Positions 57,421 to 64,000 of a stretch of DNA of 64,000 nt are shown here, piece after piece. The DNA is from Gemmatimonadaceae bacterium (GTDB taxonomy: Bacteria > Gemmatimonadota > Gemmatimonadetes > Gemmatimonadales > Gemmatimonadaceae): the NCBI GenBank assembly GCA_051859245.1, contig JBHYGA010000001.1, positions 32,001 to 96,000 on the forward strand, read 5' to 3'. How positions within the stretch are numbered: position 1 is the first letter of the stretch; every line of letters begins with the position of its first letter. A model generated the notes under the pieces. That model saw nothing but the letters and a program-made list of their open reading frames with translations, was not told where the DNA came from and searched no databases. The position numbers and the translations under genes are program-made.

Positions 57421-58257
57421 TTAGTTGATTCCGAGCGCGCCCGCCGCACGACTCAGTTCGGCGAGCGCGCGCTCAACCGTTCCACTCCACTGCTGCAGTC
57501 TCGTGCGCAACGCGGTCAGCTCGCCGCTCGTGTCCTGCGCCTGCATCACGGCGGCGTCGCGCTCCTGTTCGAGCAACGCGAGTCGCTCTCGCAACTGCAG
57601 TAGCTGCGCGCGTTCTTTTTCCAGTGACAACACGCGCTCACGCAACGTGGCCGCCGTCTCCTGGAGTCGCGCCAACTCGGTCACGGCCATCGACGCGGCG
57701 CGTCGCTGCTGAACGGCTTCGTCCACCGTTTCCTGGTGCACCGATGTGAGCACTGCCATGCGCTCACGCAGCGTGCTCACTTCAGCTTCGATCAGTTCGC
57801 GCGCGCGCTCCGATTCTTCGAGCAAGGTATGCACCGCAGCTCGCGTGCGCGTTTGAAACTCGCACATCGCGCGCCAACTGTCGCGCTCCTGAATCAGGGC
57901 TCGCCGCGTCGCGAGATCGCGACCGAGAATTTCGCGCAAGCGGGTGAGTCGCGCCACGAGCGACCCGTTGCCGTTGACACGCGTGGCCTCGCCCAGCAGC
58001 AACAGCGCGTCCTGAATCTCACGATCCAGCACCTGGGCGCGTTCCGCCTGTTCATCACGTGCGCGTCGCGTTTCGTCGAGCGTGGTCAGTGCTTCGCGCA
58101 ACGCACGCAACTCAACGGCAATGCGCCGCACGCCGCGCGCTTCGCCTTCGGCCACGAGCCAACGCAGCGATGCCACGAACCCTCGCTCAAGCGTTGGATC
58201 AGGGGTGTGCCGGGGAATGCCAGGCACCGGGCGCTCGGGAGTGCGTCGTGCGTCCAC
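57421..58257 (-). CDS. Coiled-coil hypothetical protein
   Basis: Glu/Arg/Leu/Ala-rich heptads; starts 1 bp after the CGNR gene stop. Confidence 0.65.
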   Translation of the reverse strand: MDARRTPERPVPGIPRHTPDPTLERGFVASLRWLVAEGEARGVRRIAVELRALREALTTLDETRRARDEQAERAQVLDREIQDALLLLGEATRVNGNGSLVARLTRLREILGRDLATRRALIQERDSWRAMCEFQTRTRAAVHTLLEESERARELIEAEVSTLRERMAVLTSVHQETVDEAVQQRRAASMAVTELARLQETAATLRERVLSLEKERAQLLQLRERLALLEQERDAAVMQAQDTSGELTALRTRLQQWSGTVERALAELSRAAGALGIN

Positions 58258-58258
58258 G

Positions 58259-58957
58259 CTACCTGACGGAGAGATCCGAGACGTTGGTGCCCGCGCGCGG
58301 CATCGCGTCGCCAGAGCGAATGCGTGCGCGATGGCGGGCCGCTTTGGCCCGGTTCCCGCACGTTCCCATATCGCACCATCGACGCGTGCCGTTGCGCGAG
58401 GTGTCGAGAAACACGCGCGAGCAGCGGGTGTCTGCGCACCGTCGCACGCGTGGCAGTTCGTTGATCACCAGCGCATCAGCGGCCGACTCCACAATGGGAA
58501 TCATGAGGCCGGCGAACGCGTCACCGGTGGGTACGAACACGCGCACAAACTCACCGTCTTCCCGCTGATCCACGCGTCGCGTACCGGTGGATCGCCCGAG
58601 CACGCGATTGATTTCGGCCACCGCGTCGTCGCGCACTCGCGCGGACAGGGCACCGCGTTCGGCGAGTGCCCGTAGCGCTACGCGCACACGACGTGCGTCG
58701 ACGAGCGTGGCAGACGCGGCGGCAGGCTGCAGCAACGCGCGACGACTCAAGCCGGAGGCTCGTTCGAGGTCGACCACGCCGCGCTCCACAAGCCAACGCA
58801 CCAGATTGCTGAAGTCGCGAAGCAAGTCACCGCGTGGCACGGGCGACGCGGTGTCAGTGTTGACGAACTCGAGCCATAGGCGAGTGCGCGGCGCGCTCCC
58901 AGCGGGGGATCGCGCCTCATCGGAGGCTCGCGAGAGCGCAGAAGAGGATGCGTGCAT
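58259..58957 (-). CDS. ABATE/CGNR zinc-finger domain protein
   Basis: LEFVNT, RRCADTRC..VFLDTSRNGTRRWCDMGTCGNRAK. Confidence 0.92.
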   Translation of the reverse strand: MHASSSALSRASDEARSPAGSAPRTRLWLEFVNTDTASPVPRGDLLRDFSNLVRWLVERGVVDLERASGLSRRALLQPAAASATLVDARRVRVALRALAERGALSARVRDDAVAEINRVLGRSTGTRRVDQREDGEFVRVFVPTGDAFAGLMIPIVESAADALVINELPRVRRCADTRCSRVFLDTSRNGTRRWCDMGTCGNRAKAARHRARIRSGDAMPRAGTNVSDLSVR

Positions 58958-59006
58958 GCAGTGTGGGCTACGTTACTCGCATACGTGCCTGCAAGCAAGC
59001 ATTTTC

Positions 59007-59564
59007 ATGTCCATGGATACGCTTACGACCTTCGCCCCTCAACGCGTTGTTGTGGGGAGTACCAACCCGGTGAAAATTGGCGCCGTGTCAGCGGTGCTTG
59101 GTCGACTCGCGCCCACGGCGATCGTGTTCGGGCTTGCCGCGCGTTCCGGTGTGCCTGACCAGCCGTGGGGCGACGAACAAACCATTCACGGCGCTCGCAC
59201 TCGGGCACGTTTCGCACTCGCCGAGAGTGACGCCGAATTGGCGATCGGACTCGAGGGCGGAGTCGTTGAACTCGACAGCGGCGCGTTGCGCACCTGCGCC
59301 TGGGCTGTGGCCTGCGCACGCGATGGCCGCGAAGGTGTGGGCGGTTCGATGGTGCTGCCGCTGCCCGATCGTGTCGCGGCCAGACTGCGCGCCGGTGAAG
59401 AACTCAGCCACGCCATTGATGCAGAAGCGAAAACGCAGGGCACCGGCGTGGGCGTTGGTGCCGTGGGAATTCTGACGGCCGGTTTGTTCGACCGTCAGCG
59501 TGCGTACGAGGTGCTGGTGAGTTACGCCCTCGCACCATTTCTCGCCTCCGAGTTCTACCGCTAA
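59007..59564 (+). CDS. yjjX: Inosine/xanthosine triphosphatase
   Basis: VGSTNPVKIGAV, SGVPDQP, GARTRA, IGLEGG, GEEL, GAVGILT. Confidence 0.88.
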   Translation: MSMDTLTTFAPQRVVVGSTNPVKIGAVSAVLGRLAPTAIVFGLAARSGVPDQPWGDEQTIHGARTRARFALAESDAELAIGLEGGVVELDSGALRTCAWAVACARDGREGVGGSMVLPLPDRVAARLRAGEELSHAIDAEAKTQGTGVGVGAVGILTAGLFDRQRAYEVLVSYALAPFLASEFYR

Positions 59565-59584
59565 CCCGATACGATGCTGCCCAA

Positions 59585-60514
59585 CTACTGCTTCTCCCGG
59601 TCAGTCGGCCGATAGAGCAGCAGCGCCTGTGGCGCATCGCGCAGCACCGCGTCGGCAACACTGCCCATCACCAAGCGAGCCAGGCCAGTGCGTCCGTGCG
59701 TGGCCATGGCGATCACACTCGCGCCGATCGCGGCGGCCTTCTCAATGATCGGGCGTGCGGCGGTCATGTCGGTGCCGACGTCGACTGTGCAGTTGGGCGG
59801 GAGTGTTCCCGCGAGCGCGGTGAGACGTTCGCGTGCTTCCTGTTCCTGATGCGACAGGTCGCTTTCGTCGGCGAGTAGCGCTTCGGCACCAAACGGTGCC
59901 ATCGGAATCGCGTTCGGAATGGCGACGGTGTACAGCGCGAGCGGGGCATCGAGGGCTTCGGCGAGTCGCGCCGCGTGATACACAATCGCATCGCCGAACG
60001 CCGAGCCATCGAGCGGTACGAGCACTGGTCCACTCGGCAGCGGCGCCTCCGCGGCCGGCGCCGTGACGCCACTCGGTCGTACGAGGTACACGGCACACGG
60101 CGCACGTTGCAGAAAGCTGGTCGCCACGCTGCCCAGCCAGAGTCGCTCGAGGCCGCTGCGTCCATGCGTGGTCATGACGACGAGATCGGCGGCGATCGTG
60201 ACCGCGTATTCGGCGATCGTTTCCACCACAGTCCCCTCGAGCAGGGTGCTGGTGGCATGAACGCCCTGCGCGCTGAGCTCGTTCGCCACCTGCTGGATGG
60301 CGTCGGCGTCGGCCTTGCGGCGCGCTTCGAGCGCGTCAGTGTCCATGACGGGCACCAGCACTTCGCCGGGAACGAAGGGCACGTAGGCGCTCGGGTCGAG
60401 CACCGTCACAACGTGGAGCGCGGCGCCGGAGCGTTTGGCGAGCGCGGCAGCCACGGGAATTGCCCGGGCGCTGAACGGTGAACCGTCGAGCGGAAGCAGG
60501 ATGGTGTGGTACAT
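59585..60514 (-). CDS. Tandem-domain universal stress protein
   Basis: Two USP domains: ILLPLDGS...MTTHGRSG..LGSVA and LVPLDGS...MATHGRTG..MGSVA. Confidence 0.92.
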   Translation of the reverse strand: MYHTILLPLDGSPFSARAIPVAAALAKRSGAALHVVTVLDPSAYVPFVPGEVLVPVMDTDALEARRKADADAIQQVANELSAQGVHATSTLLEGTVVETIAEYAVTIAADLVVMTTHGRSGLERLWLGSVATSFLQRAPCAVYLVRPSGVTAPAAEAPLPSGPVLVPLDGSAFGDAIVYHAARLAEALDAPLALYTVAIPNAIPMAPFGAEALLADESDLSHQEQEARERLTALAGTLPPNCTVDVGTDMTAARPIIEKAAAIGASVIAMATHGRTGLARLVMGSVADAVLRDAPQALLLYRPTDREKQ

Positions 60515-60669
60515 GATGCCTCGAACGTGGGCGATAGGTGGGAACAGCGCCAGCGGGGGAGTGCGCCGCACCCTCCAGTATATTGCCTGAGGGTACGTCT
60601 TGTGTCAGGGAAATCACGCTGGTCGTGCGAGGGTTGTGGCGCGATGAGCGACATTCGAACGGAATTGTC

Positions 60670-61158
60670 ATGGCCAATGCGCCGCATGTGTGCGCCGAGC
60701 GAGTTCGCTGGGCAGATGTTGATCTGGTGGGAATCGCACGATTCAGTGCGTTCACCCGTTTTGTGGAGTACGGCGAGCAGGAATGGCTGCGCGCCGCAGG
60801 GCTCCCATATAACGAGATCTTCAACGCACCGTCCATCTGGATGCCGCGGCGTCACATGAGCATTGATTACTTCGCACCTGCGCGGATCGATGACGCACTG
60901 GCGCTCGTGACCTATGTGCCGCGAATCGGCAATACGTCGTTCACGTTCAATGTGGATGTGCTTGGCCTGGCCGATGGCACACCGAAAGCCAGCGCCAGCG
61001 TGGTGGTGGTGTGTGTGACCGTTGACGACTTCGCGAAGCGTCCGCTGCCGCGCATGGTGCTCGATGCCATCGCCCCGTTTCATCTCGATCGTGATGCGGC
61101 GCTCGAGGCGGCTGCCCCGCAGCGCCAATCGCTCGCCGAACTTGCTATCTTTCAGTGA
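60670..61158 (+). CDS. Acyl-CoA thioesterase (4HBT/YbgC hot-dog family)
   Basis: RVRWADVDLVG, DYFAPARIDD, IGNTSF. Confidence 0.85.
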   Translation: MANAPHVCAERVRWADVDLVGIARFSAFTRFVEYGEQEWLRAAGLPYNEIFNAPSIWMPRRHMSIDYFAPARIDDALALVTYVPRIGNTSFTFNVDVLGLADGTPKASASVVVVCVTVDDFAKRPLPRMVLDAIAPFHLDRDAALEAAAPQRQSLAELAIFQ

Positions 61159-61159
61159 T

Positions 61160-62416
61160 ATGACTGACTCAATCGCCGCTGCCGCCTCGGGACAGTACGT
61201 CCGCAAGGGATTTGGACTCAAGGCCGAGGTGCAGGACACGCTGGCCGCGGACTACACGGGCCACCTGGTGGACCTGCTGCGCGCCCGGGACTTCACATTG
61301 CAGGTGGGTGACACCACCGTGGTGCTCGCGCGCGAGTTCGGCTTTTGTTACGGCGTGGAGCGCGCGGTGGACTACGCGTACCAGACGCGACAGAAATTTC
61401 CGGATCGCAGGATTTTTCTGGCTGGCGAGATCATTCACAATCCGCACGTCAACGTGAAGCTGCAGGATATGGGCATCACGTTTCTTGAGGCAAAAGGCAC
61501 GGGCTTTGATTACTCGCCGGTGCAGGCCGCGGACGTGGTATTGCTACCAGCGTTTGGCGTGACGATTCACGACTTTGAAACGCTGCGCGCACTTGGCTGC
61601 GTGATCGTGGATACCACGTGTGGTTCGGTGCTGAATGTGTGGAAGCGTGTGGAAGCCTACGCGCGCGATGGCTTCACGGCGCTCATTCACGGCAAGTACT
61701 ACCACGAAGAAACGCGGGCCACCGCGTCGCAGGTGGAGAAGTATCCGGGCGGTATGTATCTCGTGGTGCGCGATATGGCCGAAGCGGATCTGGTCATGGA
61801 CTACATCGAGGCATCGCAGGGCAAACCGACGGCCAGGGCGCCGCTGTCGCGCGAGGAGTTTCTGGCGCGCTTTGAGAAGCAGGCCCCCTCGCACTTTGAT
61901 CCGGATCTGCACCTGGTGCGCATTGGCGTCGCCAATCAAACCACCATGTTGGCGCGCGAATCACTCGCCATTGCCCATGCGGTGGGTGAAGCGATGGAAC
62001 GTGCCTACGGTGCGGAGCACAGAGCCGCGCACTTCCGTTCCTTTGACACCATTTGCAGCGCCACGCAGGAACGTCAGGACGCGGTGGTGGAAATGCTCAA
62101 GGAACCGCTTGATCTGATGGTCGTGGTTGGTGGCTACAACTCAAGCAATACCATCTCGCTCGCGGCGCTCTGCGCGGAGCAGGTCACGACGTACCACATC
62201 GCGGATCCTGACGAAGTCGATGTGACACAGAACTTCGCTCGCTTCCGCACGATTGGTCCGCACGGTGAGCTGGCGAGCATGTCCCATTGGATTCCCGTAG
62301 GCCGTCCGCTGCGCGTCGGCGTCACGGCGGGCGCCAGTACGCCAAACAACAAGATTGGCGAAACGGTGGCCCGGATCTTCCAGATTCGGGGTGTGGACCC
62401 CGCGACGATCACGTGA
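61160..62416 (+). CDS. ispH: 4-hydroxy-3-methylbut-2-enyl diphosphate reductase
   Basis: GFCYGVERA, EIIHNP, DTTCG, HEE, NQTT, DTICSATQERQ, SSNT, TAGASTP. Confidence 0.95.
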   Translation: MTDSIAAAASGQYVRKGFGLKAEVQDTLAADYTGHLVDLLRARDFTLQVGDTTVVLAREFGFCYGVERAVDYAYQTRQKFPDRRIFLAGEIIHNPHVNVKLQDMGITFLEAKGTGFDYSPVQAADVVLLPAFGVTIHDFETLRALGCVIVDTTCGSVLNVWKRVEAYARDGFTALIHGKYYHEETRATASQVEKYPGGMYLVVRDMAEADLVMDYIEASQGKPTARAPLSREEFLARFEKQAPSHFDPDLHLVRIGVANQTTMLARESLAIAHAVGEAMERAYGAEHRAAHFRSFDTICSATQERQDAVVEMLKEPLDLMVVVGGYNSSNTISLAALCAEQVTTYHIADPDEVDVTQNFARFRTIGPHGELASMSHWIPVGRPLRVGVTAGASTPNNKIGETVARIFQIRGVDPATIT

Positions 62417-62550
62417 TTGGCGATGCCGGGGTAATGCAGCGTGGTACGCTGCGTCACACCGAGTAGTCACGTGGTGGTGTGCCGGTGTATCCGTACCTGC
62501 ATGGAGCGCATGCGGGTACGATTACATCACACCGATTTCGCGGAGGAACC

Positions 62551-63823
62551 GTTGCGTTCAGATCCTGACACGGCCCGTACTGTACGCGCCCCAGTGTTCG
62601 CGTTGCTTGCCGCTGGGGCTTTGTTGCTCGCCGCCTGCGGTGAGACAACGGCTCCGAGTGGTAGCACGCCAACGCCGCTTGATGTGCTGCCGCGCACGCT
62701 GACCGCACTCGAGAAAGAAGCGATCTCGGCGAGCAATGCATTCGGCTTCGCGCTGCTTCGTGAAGTTGTGGCTGAGAAGCCAAATCAGAATGTGGTGCTC
62801 TCGCCATTCAGTGCGCACGTTGCGCTCGGCATGGCGTATGCAGGCGCGGATGGCAGCACCGCCGATTCCATGCGGGCCGCGCTGGGTTGGGGCACACGTT
62901 CACGCGAAGACATTCTGGCCGGCTACAAAGAGCTGCCCGGACTGATTCTTTCGCTCGATTCGCAGGTCGATCTGCGCAACGCGAACTCACTCTGGGTGCG
63001 TCAGGGTTTTCCGGTGCTGCCGGGCTACACCTCGGAAATGCAAACCGTCTTTGGTGCGGAAGTGCGCACGGGAGATTTTGGTCCGTCAACGGTAGACGCG
63101 ATGAACACGTGGGCGTCGCAAAAGACGAACGGAAAAATTCCTATAGTTGTCGAGTCGCTCAGTGCCGAAATGGTCGCCATGCTGATGAACGCGTTGTATT
63201 TCAAAGCCAGCTGGCGCGACCGGTTTGACTCGGCCAAGAGCCGCGATATTCCGTTTACGACGACCTCGGGTGCGACGCCATCAGTACGGACCATGTTTCG
63301 CAGCGACAAAAACATGGGGTACCGTGAGGCGTTCGGGGCGCAGTGGGCCGAGCTTCCGTACGGGAACAGCGCGTTCGTGATGACGCTCGTGCTGCCGTCT
63401 CGTACGACCACGGCGCGGCAGTGGTTGCAAGGGTTCGATGCCGCACAGTTCCAGAACACCGTGCAGCGATTCGACTCGGCCAAAGTGGAGCTCGCGTTGC
63501 CCAAGTTCCGGTTGCCGCTGCGATACGGGCTCACCGAACCGCTCAAGCGCATGGGAATGGGCATCGCGTTTCGTCCGGCCGAAGCGAGTTTTCGCCGCAT
63601 CGCCAATGCCGAGCTGTCGATTTCGCACGTCACACAGGATGTGTACATCGATGTGAACGAGGAGGGCACGGAAGCGGCCGCCGTGACACAGGTGGGAATT
63701 CGGCTGACTTCGGCACCAATCCATCCGGTGATGACGCTTGATCGGCCATTCCTGTTCTTTATTCGTGAGCGCTTGAGTGGTACGATTCTCTTTGCCGGAA
63801 TTATTGAGAATCCGCAAATGTAG
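62551..63823 (+). CDS. Serpin family lipoprotein
   Basis: Lipobox LAAC; SPFS, ANSLW, NALYFKASW, LPKF, hinge EEGTEAAAVT, DRPFLFFIRE; start uncertain. Confidence 0.92.
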
Positions 63824-63835
63824 CCACGGGCGGTT

Positions 63836-64000
63836 ATGACGGTGTCAGCGTATCAGCAGGGACAAGGCAAGCGCGCGGCGGTGACACGAGTCATCGCCGC
63901 GTTCGCGTTAGCAACGATCGCGGTGTTGTCGTCGTGCGCGCGCGCACCGCGTGTCGCACCGGTTGCAGCTGCTGCGCCCGTGCGGCTGCTGCTCGTGAAC
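63836..64000 (+). CDS. Lipoprotein, N-terminal fragment (possibly metallophosphoesterase/5'-nucleotidase)
   Basis: Open from ATG 63836 to the window end; lipobox LSSC; ends in VRLLLVN, resembling the first strand of metallophosphoesterases (weak). Confidence 0.45.
   Translation, partial: MTVSAYQQGQGKRAAVTRVIAAFALATIAVLSSCARAPRVAPVAAAAPVRLLLVN

Overview
High-GC bacterial chromosomal window with about 48 densely packed CDS and no rRNA, tRNA, CRISPR array, transposase or phage genes. The gene content (PadR plus ADOP permease, propeller-type secreted proteins, paired Ser/Thr kinases, serpin, fused E1 alpha/beta) suggests Gemmatimonadota; this is inference only. Housekeeping genes include nadE, lon, pfkA, ispH, a class A PBP, a fused 2-oxoacid dehydrogenase E1 and a DEAD-box helicase. 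The most notable observations are: (1) two copies of a ~240-bp long-palindrome element with covarying arms, bracketing lon and a tandem kinase pair; (2) a DExH helicase whose motif Ia precedes Walker A (apparent permutation); (3) an M14 peptidase pair in which one partner lacks its catalytic residues; (4) a promoter/leader-peptide/hairpin cassette in front of an HNH nuclease; (5) an orphan CheR coupled to a hybrid kinase carrying Glu-Glu heptads. All product calls come from motif recognition by eye, with no database searches, and several start codons are best guesses.
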